Positions 41,604-51,629 of a stretch of DNA of 64,000 nucleotides are shown here, piece after piece (within the stretch, counting starts at the first letter, position 1; each line of letters opens with the position of its first letter). A program made the position numbers and the translations under genes. This DNA is from Rickettsiales bacterium (ex Bugula neritina AB1) (lineage in GTDB: Bacteria > Pseudomonadota > Alphaproteobacteria > CAJXXZ01 > UBA1459). The notes under the pieces were generated by a model, which made no database searches, was not told the DNA's origin, and saw nothing but the letters and a program-made list of their open reading frames with translations. The stretch is taken from positions 4,041 through 68,040 of the forward strand of contig MDLE01000006.1 of assembly GCA_001730065.1 (NCBI GenBank). Direction: 5' to 3'.

Positions 41604-41632
41604 TTGTAAAATTCACAAATATCTTATATAAT
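41604..41632 (+). promoter_or_regulatory. sigma-70-like promoter (TTGTAA, 17 nt spacer, TATAAT), duplicate of the atpE cassette
   Basis: TTGTAA at 41604-41609 and TATAAT at 41627-41632. It shares the aaatagatt(t)gtaaa...aatatcttatataat context, and AGGAGG lies at 41651-41656. Confidence 0.55.
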
Positions 41633-41662
41633 TATAACTGTTATTTATATAGGAGGATTATA

Positions 41663-41764
41663 ATGAATAGCCTTTTGCCTATATTTAGGAGTTTATATAA
41701 AAATAGGAGAATAGTTCAGTTGTTTGTATTATTATCAAATCTTATTTTTATAAATGTAATATAA
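41663..41764 (+). CDS. 33-aa small hydrophobic-tailed peptide (leader ORF of AAA operon)
   Basis: The ATG lies 7 nt after a perfect AGGAGG. The peptide is MNSLLPIFRSLYKNRRIVQLFVLLSNLIFINVI, and its stop lies 2 nt before the next ATG. The track ORF 41582 start is probably too far upstream. Confidence 0.5.
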   Translation: MNSLLPIFRSLYKNRRIVQLFVLLSNLIFINVI

Positions 41765-41766
41765 TT

Positions 41767-44070
41767 ATGAAATACAAAGTTTTTTTTATTTATTTTTTAT
41801 TAAATTACTCTATTGTTTGTAGTAATAGTGATTTAAAAATCCTTGAAAAAATTGATGATTTATCATTACAAGAAGAAATAAAAACATCATTAGAGTCAGA
41901 AACAATATTTCCTTATTTATCATTTTTGCACGAATTTTTAGGTGATAATATAAAAGGACAACAATTTCTTAACAATGATTTTTATAATTTAACAAATTCA
42001 CCTATACACTTAAATATTATTAATAATAAAAAATATTTTTTTAAAATATTAGACAAAATAAAAAATATAATTAATGTTATTATTTTTTACTCTACTTTAG
42101 GTTTCTTGAGTTTTATAAAAGAAAAATGTTATTTTGTTCTTTATAACTTTTTTCCAAATATGTTTATTAATACAAATATCCTAAAAGAATATGCATTAAG
42201 TCAAAGACATAAAGTTTTAGATTTTATTAATGGATACTCTAAAAACTACCAACGTAATATTCAAGATTTATATGAAAATGTACAAATTGATTATTTTAGA
42301 GAGGTTATACTTGATCTTGTAATACTTGGTGGAAATAGTGTTGTTTATAAAGAATTTGCTATTAATTTTAAAATTATTCAAGATTTTCTAGAAGAAAGTT
42401 TACAAAAATTACCAAAAGAATACAAAAAATTAATGTGGTTAGATCTTTTTATAAAAAAAACTAATTTGAATTTTTATATTCTTGGTGATCGTCTTTCAAT
42501 AACTCCTACATTAATTTCTACTTGTATACCACAAGTAAGAAATATTATTACAGGGCCATATTTTTTACATATGATGACAAAAAACATCAATGAAAAAAGT
42601 ATTATATTTATGAAAGATAATATTGATTTTGTTATCAATTATGAATTTAATAATAAAGAAAAAGAAGCTTTGTTTTTTAAAAATATACAAAAATCCTACT
42701 TAAGTGGTATTGATAATATATTGTCATTACTAGGACCATTTTATGAATATCCTAAAATAGTAATATTATTTCTAATAAAAATAATTTTTACAATATTTAT
42801 AAAAATATTTTTTACATTTATAAATATATATTCATTTTTTAAAAAAACTATTTTTGGTAAAGAATCAGAAATAATTGTTCAGGAATCTGATAAAAATAAA
42901 CATTTTAATATTACAGATGAAAAAATACACACCATAAGAAACTATCGAAATAGACTTATTAATTTATCTATTAATAATGATTTAATACAATCAAAAGGTT
43001 TGTTTTTTTCCAATTATCCTATTCATTATCTTGCAGATAAGTTTGAATATAAAATACAATCTTTTTTTTACAAATTATCTAGTGATTTATTATTTAGAAT
43101 AGTTGATTATGTAGGACGTAATGAAGAATATTATTTTCCTGAGGAAATTATTTTAAATAAAACAAATAATAAACTCAATACTATTTGTTTTAAATCTCTA
43201 AAAAATAGTATTAATAAAAAAGTGACACTTCCTCATATTATTATAGAAGGAGGTATGAATATATCTATGAGTTTTATAAGAAATTTAGAATATATTATCA
43301 ATGACAGTACCAAACAAACTGTATATCGCACTAATATTCAAGATCCATTAAGAGTTACAAATATTTTATTAAATCAAAAAAATATTGGAAAAACATCTAT
43401 GAATGTGGGAACAGTAGCAAAAAAATCCTTTTCAAATATATTTCAACATAATTTAAATAATTTAAAAAGTGTATTGAGTATACATTTTTTAAATGAAAAT
43501 GATAATCGATTAAGTTTTATTAATAAATTTTATTTATCTGTTGTTCATCGTTTATATAGTTTTTTTTCTGGTGGTAGTATATTTTCTCCTTGGAAAAAAC
43601 GTATTAGCATGGTAGTTATTGAAAATATTAATAGATTTCTTGGTCAAAGAAAAAAGAATGATATGGATAATATTAAAACTTCTGGTGTTCATTATTTACT
43701 AGGTATTATAACTCAGCAAGTAAAACATTTTTTACTTTTACAATGTTATGATTTAGAAAATGTAGATAGTGCTATCAAAAGTCGTATGGATTTTTCTATA
43801 GTTTTAACAATACGAGAACATGATGAGTATCAAACATTATTACGTAGAAATCTTTTAGAAATAATACGTGAAAATCCTAATTTATTAAATTTTTCAGATG
43901 AGAAATTTGAGATTTATGTATTTGAATTAACACAAGTATTTAGAAAAAAATATGTTTCTATTCGAATGTTAAAAGAATTGATGAATTACTATATTAATAT
44001 ACAGGGAAAAGAAAAAGGTACAAATTTAAAAATTATTTTAGAACTTATTAATAATGATAGGAGAGTATAA
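41767..44070 (+). CDS. membrane protein with C-terminal degenerate (Walker A/B-less) AAA+ domain
   Basis: Signal-like N-terminus and internal TM segments. The C-terminal 250 aa are paralogous to the downstream AAA protein. LPHIIIEGGMNISMSFIRNL aligns to KPVILIYGEPGVGKTLLIRNL, ISMVVIENI to YILVIDDVE, and DSAIKSRMDF to DPSISRRINY. Confidence 0.7.
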   Translation: MKYKVFFIYFLLNYSIVCSNSDLKILEKIDDLSLQEEIKTSLESETIFPYLSFLHEFLGDNIKGQQFLNNDFYNLTNSPIHLNIINNKKYFFKILDKIKNIINVIIFYSTLGFLSFIKEKCYFVLYNFFPNMFINTNILKEYALSQRHKVLDFINGYSKNYQRNIQDLYENVQIDYFREVILDLVILGGNSVVYKEFAINFKIIQDFLEESLQKLPKEYKKLMWLDLFIKKTNLNFYILGDRLSITPTLISTCIPQVRNIITGPYFLHMMTKNINEKSIIFMKDNIDFVINYEFNNKEKEALFFKNIQKSYLSGIDNILSLLGPFYEYPKIVILFLIKIIFTIFIKIFFTFINIYSFFKKTIFGKESEIIVQESDKNKHFNITDEKIHTIRNYRNRLINLSINNDLIQSKGLFFSNYPIHYLADKFEYKIQSFFYKLSSDLLFRIVDYVGRNEEYYFPEEIILNKTNNKLNTICFKSLKNSINKKVTLPHIIIEGGMNISMSFIRNLEYIINDSTKQTVYRTNIQDPLRVTNILLNQKNIGKTSMNVGTVAKKSFSNIFQHNLNNLKSVLSIHFLNENDNRLSFINKFYLSVVHRLYSFFSGGSIFSPWKKRISMVVIENINRFLGQRKKNDMDNIKTSGVHYLLGIITQQVKHFLLLQCYDLENVDSAIKSRMDFSIVLTIREHDEYQTLLRRNLLEIIRENPNLLNFSDEKFEIYVFELTQVFRKKYVSIRMLKELMNYYINIQGKEKGTNLKIILELINNDRRV

Positions 44071-44072
44071 AA

Positions 44073-45284
44073 ATGATAAGATATTTTGTATTATTAATGA
44101 CTTATATTTCTACAATAAATAGATATACAAGTCCTTATACAACAAAAATTGCTTCAGCATTAAGTGATGCTTATATAGATATGAAAAGAATGGATTTATA
44201 TATGCAAAAAAAAGGTAATGATGATTTTATAGAATTTTTTAAAAATGCCTTTAATTTTACAGGTAATATTTCTGATATTTCTACTTATACTATTGAAACG
44301 GTTCAGCATATGCGTAGCCATGAAGGGTATTGGAGTCAATTTTGGGAATCTATTACTATACGTGTAATAACAAAATTTTTATTTAAAATATTTGAAAGAA
44401 TATTAGAATATTTTGCCATCAGTTTTGATAAAATTCCTATCTATGAAGTATTAAAAAAATCAAAAAAAAAAATTTTTAAAATCTTTTTAAACGAAAAAGA
44501 AATGTTAATGTGGAAAAAGATTAAAAATCTTATGTCGTTAAAATTTCCAAAAGGAGAAAAACCTGTTATTTTGATATATGGTGAACCTGGTGTAGGAAAA
44601 ACTCTGTTAATTAGAAATTTACTTCAATCATTACCTAAAAAAAACAAAATAATTTATTTACATGCAAGTAATATATTTACAACTGATGAAAATAAAAATG
44701 TATCAATTGCAGAGCTAAATAAGGTTATAGATATGTTAATTAAAAATCCTGATTATATACTTGTAATTGATGATGTAGAAATTATTCTTTCCGCAAGATA
44801 TTATTTTCATCAACACTATAAAAACGACCAAGAAAAAGAATTTTCTGATGATTTTAGAGATATGTTACGTACTATTTCTACGTTAATACTATTTGTTTTT
44901 TCTCGTAGAGAAACAAGAACAATATTAATATCTAATTTACCTAATGTGAATAATATAGATCCTTCTATTAGTCGTCGTATAAATTACATGTGTTATATAT
45001 CTTTACCAAATTTAAATACCCGTAGCAAAATGTGGAGGCATAAAATAATAAAATATAAAATTCACATTAATGATTTAAATATTGACGAAGCAATTCAAGT
45101 ACTTGGAAATGCTTCCTATAATTTTTCTCTTAGAGATATTAATGCAATATGTCGTAATTTCAAAGAATCGCATATTTCTATAAAAGATTTATTAAATTTT
45201 ATTGAAGAATACACAAAAAGACTTAAAGAGTTTCAAATTTTATCAAACAATATGAAAACAATCTTTGAAAATTACAGTTTATAG
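44073..45284 (+). CDS. N-terminally anchored classic-clade AAA+ ATPase
   Basis: Walker A GEPGVGKT, Walker B LVIDDVE and an SRH-like NIDPSISRRINY. AGGAG lies inside the end of the upstream gene, and the ATG is 2 nt after the upstream stop. Confidence 0.8.
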   Translation: MIRYFVLLMTYISTINRYTSPYTTKIASALSDAYIDMKRMDLYMQKKGNDDFIEFFKNAFNFTGNISDISTYTIETVQHMRSHEGYWSQFWESITIRVITKFLFKIFERILEYFAISFDKIPIYEVLKKSKKKIFKIFLNEKEMLMWKKIKNLMSLKFPKGEKPVILIYGEPGVGKTLLIRNLLQSLPKKNKIIYLHASNIFTTDENKNVSIAELNKVIDMLIKNPDYILVIDDVEIILSARYYFHQHYKNDQEKEFSDDFRDMLRTISTLILFVFSRRETRTILISNLPNVNNIDPSISRRINYMCYISLPNLNTRSKMWRHKIIKYKIHINDLNIDEAIQVLGNASYNFSLRDINAICRNFKESHISIKDLLNFIEEYTKRLKEFQILSNNMKTIFENYSL

Positions 45285-45292
45285 TATTTAAG

Positions 45293-46759
45293 ATGTTATA
45301 TAGAAATAGAAATATTAAAGAAAATATAGTATTCTCTTCTATAATATTGTTTTATTTTTTTATATTTATGAGTATTATATTTAATAAAATAATATTTAAA
45401 CCTTTTATTAAGAAAAATTTTCAAGAACTATATACAATTTATGATAGAAATAATAATATATTATGTGAAACAAAAATTGTATATGATTATTATCTTAATG
45501 TAGGAAAAAATATTCCTTCTATTAAATCTTCTACTAAATTTTTTATAAAAAAACATTTTCCAAAATTTTCTATTTCTTCCATTAAATCAAATAAAGTATA
45601 TTTATTAGGTAGTAGTTTATATAAATTATCTTCTAAAATTCCAAAAAATATTTCCATAAAAAAAAGATTTTCTCGATATCACCCCTATGGTAAAGTAACT
45701 AGTACATTATTAGGAATTCGTAGAAATAATATTATTTTTGGATTGGAAAAATTTACGGATAAAGAAAAAATTATTAGTAGTATAGATATAAGAATACAAA
45801 ATATTTTGTACAAAGCTTTAATGAAAGGTTATAAACAATTTCCTTGTGAAGCAGTACATGCTATTATAGAAAATGAAAAAGGTGAGGTTCTTGCAATAGT
45901 ATCTCTACCTAATTTTGATCCAAACGATTTAAATAAAACACCTAAAAATACCTCTAATAAAATCTTTCAAGGTGTTTATGAAATGGGATCTATTATTAAA
46001 GTATTTGCAATTATGGGGGGAGTACATTATAATTTAATTAAAATTAATGATATATTTGATATTTCAAAAACCGTCAAAATTGGAAATTTTATAATTACAG
46101 ATGCAAATAGAATGAATAATACTGCTACCGTTAAAGAAATATTAATGAAATCTTCTAATAAAGGTATGGTTTTAATAGCAGAAGTTATTTATAATATTTT
46201 ACCGGATTTTTATAAATCTCTTCTTCTTCATAAACGTATTAATAATAAATATATAAAAACACCTCCTATATTCTTTAGTAATAATCCTTCATTAGCACTT
46301 ATAAAAAGTTATTGTTTTGGTTATGGTTTTGCTACAACTCCTTTAAATATTCTTAGGGCAATGCGTTGTATTTGCACAAACAATTTAATTGATAGTTCTA
46401 TCATCAAAATTGATAAACCTGTTATTCAAGATAAAATAAAAATTCACGATAAAGAAAAAGTATTAAAAATAATGGAAAATATTGCTAATCAATATATAAA
46501 AACTCCTTATAATATTAAAGTAATGTTTAAAACGGGCACCGCTCGACAAAATATAAATGGAAAGTATATAAAAAATGTTGTAAATACATTTTTTATTGTT
46601 ATTTTAGAAGTAAATAATAAAAAATTTTTTTTGTTTTTTATGATGGAAAAACCTACAAATATGCCTAATACTGGATTTTTTAATATAAAAAAAGTAGGAG
46701 AAGATTTTATAAATTTATTAATAAAATCAAAAATCTTAGAAGAAAAAAATAATAAATAA
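45293..46759 (+). CDS. ftsI: penicillin-binding protein, FtsI/PBP3-like transpeptidase
   Basis: N-terminal TM segment, SxxK (GSIIK), SxN (SSN), KTG (FKTGTAR), and LAIVSLPNFDPN. Confidence 0.8.
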   Translation: MLYRNRNIKENIVFSSIILFYFFIFMSIIFNKIIFKPFIKKNFQELYTIYDRNNNILCETKIVYDYYLNVGKNIPSIKSSTKFFIKKHFPKFSISSIKSNKVYLLGSSLYKLSSKIPKNISIKKRFSRYHPYGKVTSTLLGIRRNNIIFGLEKFTDKEKIISSIDIRIQNILYKALMKGYKQFPCEAVHAIIENEKGEVLAIVSLPNFDPNDLNKTPKNTSNKIFQGVYEMGSIIKVFAIMGGVHYNLIKINDIFDISKTVKIGNFIITDANRMNNTATVKEILMKSSNKGMVLIAEVIYNILPDFYKSLLLHKRINNKYIKTPPIFFSNNPSLALIKSYCFGYGFATTPLNILRAMRCICTNNLIDSSIIKIDKPVIQDKIKIHDKEKVLKIMENIANQYIKTPYNIKVMFKTGTARQNINGKYIKNVVNTFFIVILEVNNKKFFLFFMMEKPTNMPNTGFFNIKKVGEDFINLLIKSKILEEKNNK

Positions 46760-46836
46760 ATATAAATTATAAAATTTATAGAAAAAATATAAAAATTTTA
46801 ATAAAAAATAAAGATAATATATGGTAAAATTACAGC

Positions 46837-47151
46837 ATGACAAATAATGTATTAGTGAATTTTATAGAAATAGCTTCTGAAAAGGGTATTAAATTAACAA
46901 AAAAAGAATTAAAAAATATTCTAGAAAATTTTGTTTGTTTTTTAAAAGAATCTATTGAAAACACAGATGAAGAAGTTGTGTTGCCAAAAATAGGTAGATT
47001 TTCATTTACAGTAAAACCTGCTCGTCAATTAACACATCCTAAAACAGGTGAAAAACATAATATATCCCCTAAAAAAGTTGTTAAATTTAAAATATCTCCT
47101 ACTACTAAAAAAGCTGTAGCAGAAAATCATGAAAATCGTTCTAAAAAATAA
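46837..47151 (+). CDS. hup: HU/IHF-family DNA-binding protein
   Basis: LPKIGRFSFTVKPARQLTHPKTGEKHNISPKKVVKFK is the beta-arm signature. Confidence 0.85.
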   Translation: MTNNVLVNFIEIASEKGIKLTKKELKNILENFVCFLKESIENTDEEVVLPKIGRFSFTVKPARQLTHPKTGEKHNISPKKVVKFKISPTTKKAVAENHENRSKK

Positions 47152-47154
47152 ATA

Positions 47155-47454
47155 ATGATTATATTGAAAAGAATATTTTTATTTTTAAAAAACAATATTT
47201 TTATTTTTTTCACAATTATTTTGATTTACTCAGTTTTTTTAAGAAAAAATGGTATTTTTCATAATTTATATGAAATTTATTTTAAAAAAAATTATTATGA
47301 AAGTTATATATTATCTTTAAAAGAGAAAATTGATAAATATAACAACTATCTTCAACTAATAGATGAAAATAATAAAGATTACATAGAAGAGTTGTATTTT
47401 TATCGTTATAATTTTTTACCATATTCTCATAAAATTATAGAGGTAGAAGAGTAA
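47155..47454 (+). CDS. ftsB: septum formation initiator FtsB/DivIC-like
   Basis: N-terminal TM segment, a coiled coil, and a C-terminal DYIEELYFYRYNF..KIIEV pattern. Confidence 0.6.
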   Translation: MIILKRIFLFLKNNIFIFFTIILIYSVFLRKNGIFHNLYEIYFKKNYYESYILSLKEKIDKYNNYLQLIDENNKDYIEELYFYRYNFLPYSHKIIEVEE

Positions 47455-47522
47455 ATTAATATTAAAATTTTTAATAAATAATTTCAAATTAAACAATTTT
47501 GTGATAAAATTATAGAGTAAAT

Positions 47523-47594
47523 TGAGATGTAGCCAAGTGGTAAGGCAACGGTTTTTGGGTCCGTGATGCATAGGTTCGAATCCTATCATCTCAG
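47523..47594 (+). tRNA. tRNA-Gln (anticodon UUG)
   Basis: TGAGATG TA GCCAAGTGGTAAGGC A ACGGT TTTTGGG TCCGT G ATGC ATAGG TTCGAAT CCTAT CATCTCA G. The U1-A72 pair and G73 are typical of Gln. The 3' end overlaps the leuS stop. Confidence 0.85.
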
Positions 47595-49987
47595 TTTTTT
47601 ACAAAATTAATCAATTTATTTTTTACAAAAATAATTTTTTTACTCTTTTTAAGATTTAAATCTGGAAAAATAAGAAAGATTTTTTCTTTAATTATATCTT
47701 CATTTTCATTGTTATTTACTTCTATTTCATGTATTTTTTTACCATTTACACATATTAATAATAAGTATTTATTAAGTTGATGACTTTCTTTTACATAAGG
47801 CATTGTAAGATTAAAATTATTCCAACTCTCTAAACATTCCATAGAAACAATAGGACATATACACCAAAATAATTTAAGAAAATCCTGCCAAATTTCTTTA
47901 AGTTTTGTAGCATCTATTTTACTCCAATGTTCTTCTATATAATTTATAATAATACGCATATGTGCTATTCCAATATTAAATTCAAAATTTTCAAAATTTT
48001 TTACTATTCTATAAAACATATTCATAACAAAATCTTCTAAAGCTTCTACTTCACCTACCTGATGAAGGTTTTGAATGTTTGTATTTAAATTCCAAATTTT
48101 ATTAATAAATCTCCAACAACCTTGTAGATTATTTTCATTCCAAATAAAGTCTTTACCAGGTGGTGTATCAGACATCACAAACAGACGCATTGTATCAACT
48201 CCATAACTATCAATAATTTCCAAAGGATCAATAATATTTTTTTTTGATTTACTCATTTTTTCATAAACACCTACTTTTATAGGATTTTTATCTTTTATAG
48301 TATAAAATTTATTATTTTCTTCATAAACATCTTTTGGAAATACATATTCATTTTTTATTGTATCTTTATAGGATTTCATTAGTATCATACCTTGTGTGAA
48401 TAAGTTTCGAAACGGTTCATCTTCATTAATATAATTATACTTTTTTAAAATTTTTCCCATATACCTTGCATATAATAAATGAGTGGTAGCATGTTCAGGT
48501 CCTCCTACATAATAATCTACAGTACCAGTGGTTTTTACAGATTCATTAAAAATATCTTCACTATTGATGGAAGAAAATTTCCATGAATACCAACTTGAAT
48601 CCACAAAAGTATCCATTGTATCTGTTTCTTTATAGGCATTTGTATTACCACATTTTGGACAATTAATATATTTTTTCTTTTCATGATTTTCCATATTTTC
48701 TTCTAACTCTATAGGAAAATTTTCATTAGGTACAATATAACAATTTTCACAAAAAATAAATGGCATAGGTGTTCCCCAATATCTTTGTCGAGAAATACAC
48801 CAATCCTTTAAACTATAAACGGTTTTATTTTTAATAATATTTTCTGATAATAATTTTTTTGTAAAATCATTATCTTGTTGAGAAACATTATCTAAATAAT
48901 TATTTATATTATTTTTATGTATTATATTGATAGAATTATTTTTGGCAAAAAGTTCATCATTTTCACAAACGGATGGCACACCCATTACAACTCCTGTTCC
49001 ATAATTACCTTCTACATAATTACCAATATAAAGTGGTATAGAAGAAAAATCATAGGGATTAATAAGATAAATACCTGTAAAAATTCCTCGATAATCTTTT
49101 TTATTTTTTATTTTTGGATTATTTTTAATAAATTCTTTTATTTCTTTATTAGATTTATATAAATCAATACCAATTTTACTATCAGGTGCCGCTACTACAA
49201 ATTCTACTTTATTGATAAAATGTGGAGATTTTGTAAATATAACTATATCTTCCACATCTTTTTCACAACAGGAAAACTTTTCACCACAACTTTGAAATTT
49301 TATTATATAACCAGTTTTTTTACCTATCCAATTTTTCTGCATTTCAATAATTTTTTGTGGCCACTTTCCCTTTAATTTATCTAAATCTTTTAATAAAATT
49401 TCTGCATAATCACTAATTTTAATAAACCATTGACGCATAAGTTTTTTTTCTACAAACGCACCAGATCTCCATCCTTTACCATCTATCACCTGTTCATTAG
49501 CAAGTACTGTTTTATCCACAGGGTCCCAATTTAAATATTCTTCTTTGTTTATCAAATATCCATCTTTAAACATACGAATTAATAACTTTTGTTGATGTTT
49601 ATAGTAATCTTTATTACAAGTAAACATTTCATTTTCCCAATTAAACATAAATTGACATTTTTTTATTTGAGATTTCATTTTTTCTATATTACTATAGGTC
49701 CATTCTTTAGGGTGTATACCATAACTTTTAGCAGCATTTTCTGCTGGTAAACCAAAGGCATCCCAACCAATAGGATTAAAAACTTTATAATCTTTTAAGT
49801 GAAATAATCTTGCAATAATATCTACGATCATAAAACTTCTTACATGTCCCATATGCATATAACCAGAAGGATACATCCACATACCTAATATATATATTTT
49901 TTTTTTACAAACTTTTTCTTCTTTTTTAGGTGTGAAATTCTTCCATTTATCTTCGTATTTTTTAAAATTAAATATTTTTGTGCGCAT
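47591..49987 (-). CDS. leuS: leucine--tRNA ligase
   Basis: PYPSGYMHMGHVR-type HIGH region, a KMSKSKKN motif and the editing domain. Confidence 0.95.
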   Translation of the reverse strand: MRTKIFNFKKYEDKWKNFTPKKEEKVCKKKIYILGMWMYPSGYMHMGHVRSFMIVDIIARLFHLKDYKVFNPIGWDAFGLPAENAAKSYGIHPKEWTYSNIEKMKSQIKKCQFMFNWENEMFTCNKDYYKHQQKLLIRMFKDGYLINKEEYLNWDPVDKTVLANEQVIDGKGWRSGAFVEKKLMRQWFIKISDYAEILLKDLDKLKGKWPQKIIEMQKNWIGKKTGYIIKFQSCGEKFSCCEKDVEDIVIFTKSPHFINKVEFVVAAPDSKIGIDLYKSNKEIKEFIKNNPKIKNKKDYRGIFTGIYLINPYDFSSIPLYIGNYVEGNYGTGVVMGVPSVCENDELFAKNNSINIIHKNNINNYLDNVSQQDNDFTKKLLSENIIKNKTVYSLKDWCISRQRYWGTPMPFIFCENCYIVPNENFPIELEENMENHEKKKYINCPKCGNTNAYKETDTMDTFVDSSWYSWKFSSINSEDIFNESVKTTGTVDYYVGGPEHATTHLLYARYMGKILKKYNYINEDEPFRNLFTQGMILMKSYKDTIKNEYVFPKDVYEENNKFYTIKDKNPIKVGVYEKMSKSKKNIIDPLEIIDSYGVDTMRLFVMSDTPPGKDFIWNENNLQGCWRFINKIWNLNTNIQNLHQVGEVEALEDFVMNMFYRIVKNFENFEFNIGIAHMRIIINYIEEHWSKIDATKLKEIWQDFLKLFWCICPIVSMECLESWNNFNLTMPYVKESHQLNKYLLLICVNGKKIHEIEVNNNENEDIIKEKIFLIFPDLNLKKSKKIIFVKNKLINFVKN

Positions 49988-50126
49988 ATTATATATTATA
50001 TTACTATTATTAAATGTATTGTTTAATTATTTAAATAATATTCCAATAATAATATGAACATATTTAAATAAAAAATATAAATATCTCTTTTTGTTTATGG
50101 GTTTATTTGATAAAATTGATATTAAA

Positions 50127-50498
50127 ATGAGTACTATAAATAACATAATTACTAAAATTGAAGAAACACATATTAAAGAACTAGGTTTTTTCAATAGATG
50201 GAAATCTTTTAAAGTAGGAGATAATATTGAAGTTATTTTAGAGGTATTGAGTAGAGATAAAAAAAACATACGTTTCCAACGTGTTAATGGTAGATGTATT
50301 GGTATAAGAAAACCAAAATCTACAGGAAGTACTTTTAAGGTATTAGATTTAGATACTAAAATTACTTATATATTTCCCTTATACTCTCCTGATGTTAATA
50401 TTAATGTAAAAACTTCCGGTGAATCTAGAAAAGCCAAACTGAATTATTTAAAACATAAATCGAGAAAAAACTCTCGTATTAAAATTAAAAAAAAGTAA
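50127..50498 (+). CDS. rplS: 50S ribosomal protein L19
   Basis: FKVGDNIEV....RFQRVNGRCIGIRK..GSTFKV.. The start was set at the MSTINN Met within track ORF 50091-50498. Confidence 0.85.
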   Translation: MSTINNIITKIEETHIKELGFFNRWKSFKVGDNIEVILEVLSRDKKNIRFQRVNGRCIGIRKPKSTGSTFKVLDLDTKITYIFPLYSPDVNINVKTSGESRKAKLNYLKHKSRKNSRIKIKKK

Positions 50499-50541
50499 AT
50501 TTAAAAGATAAACTTAACTATTTAAAGGATCAATCCAAAAA

Positions 50542-51627
50542 ATGCTTATATTAAGATTTAAAAATAGTTATTTTTTTTTATTATTAATAATAATAGATGG
50601 AAAAATAAACATCAAACCTCCTACTAATCATTTAATTAATAAGAATATGATAAAATATGAATTTTTAGATATCATTCATATTTTATGTACATACTTACCA
50701 AATTTTGAGTACAAATTCACATATCAATTTAAAGATAATAAAAATTCTTTTTTATCACAAATAAAAGTTTTTTTTAATACTTTTTATAAAATTCCTAAAA
50801 TACATAACTATAGTCAATATATAGATAAAAAATATAGCTTAAATATTGTAAATAATTATAATAAATACATATTATGTAAAAAACTTATAGATATACACAA
50901 TATCTCTATAGATTATAGGAGAAAATATATAAATATTTTAAAAAAAAATATTAAATTTATAGGTGTTAATGAAATATTAAAAAATAAACTTAAAATAGAA
51001 AATGAAATTTTATCATTAATGAATTTAGAAGAAAAAATATCATTAATTAATGCTGATAATAAGTATGGTATTAATGGTAATATAGAAAATTTTTCTACAA
51101 ATTATTTGGTGCCTTTTGGGGAATTTAAATTTAAAAAATATTTTATACCCTATAGTTTTAGTATAAACAAACAATATTTAGAATTTTCCCAATGGATAGA
51201 TAATGTTAATTTTTTCTGGCAATATACTAATATAATAAATAATTATGATCAATATAGTTTTTATATTAATAATAAATTTGAAATGTTTCGGGATTATAAT
51301 AAATTACAAAAAAAAATAAAAAAAAAAAAAAATAAAATATTTTATAATATAACAAAAACTAATAATCTCTTATTAAGAAAAAAATTATTAATAAATAAAT
51401 TTTATCTATTTAAAGAATACAAAAATAAACTTCAAAACAAAAATTGTTTTATTGTACATCATGAATATAATATTGTTTTTAAAATTATAAAAATTATCGA
51501 AAACATTCATAACATTGATTACAAAATTAGTAGAAATCTATGGGAAATATATTTAGAGTTGATACCTTTAGAAAAAAACAAAAATCAATATCTATATGGT
51601 ACAAATTTTTCACTAACAAAAAAATAA
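50542..51627 (+). CDS. hypothetical protein
   Basis: 361-aa Lys/Asn-rich ORF containing a 15-A homopolymer (51318-51332) that remains in frame. No recognisable motif. Confidence 0.45.
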   Translation: MLILRFKNSYFFLLLIIIDGKINIKPPTNHLINKNMIKYEFLDIIHILCTYLPNFEYKFTYQFKDNKNSFLSQIKVFFNTFYKIPKIHNYSQYIDKKYSLNIVNNYNKYILCKKLIDIHNISIDYRRKYINILKKNIKFIGVNEILKNKLKIENEILSLMNLEEKISLINADNKYGINGNIENFSTNYLVPFGEFKFKKYFIPYSFSINKQYLEFSQWIDNVNFFWQYTNIINNYDQYSFYINNKFEMFRDYNKLQKKIKKKKNKIFYNITKTNNLLLRKKLLINKFYLFKEYKNKLQNKNCFIVHHEYNIVFKIIKIIENIHNIDYKISRNLWEIYLELIPLEKNKNQYLYGTNFSLTKK

Positions 51628-51629
51628 AT

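Noticed and set aside
41582-41764. The 60-aa track ORF starting at 41582 as the real small gene.
   Set aside because: Its 5' part overlaps the predicted promoter boxes and it uses a non-ATG start. The internal ATG at 41663 sits 7 nt after a perfect AGGAGG, so the 33-aa version is preferred.
44073-45284. The 403-aa AAA+ protein as the missing T6SS ATPase ClpV.
   Set aside because: ClpV is a two-ring Hsp100 protein of roughly twice this size with a characteristic N-domain. This protein has a single classic-clade AAA module and membrane-anchor-like segments.
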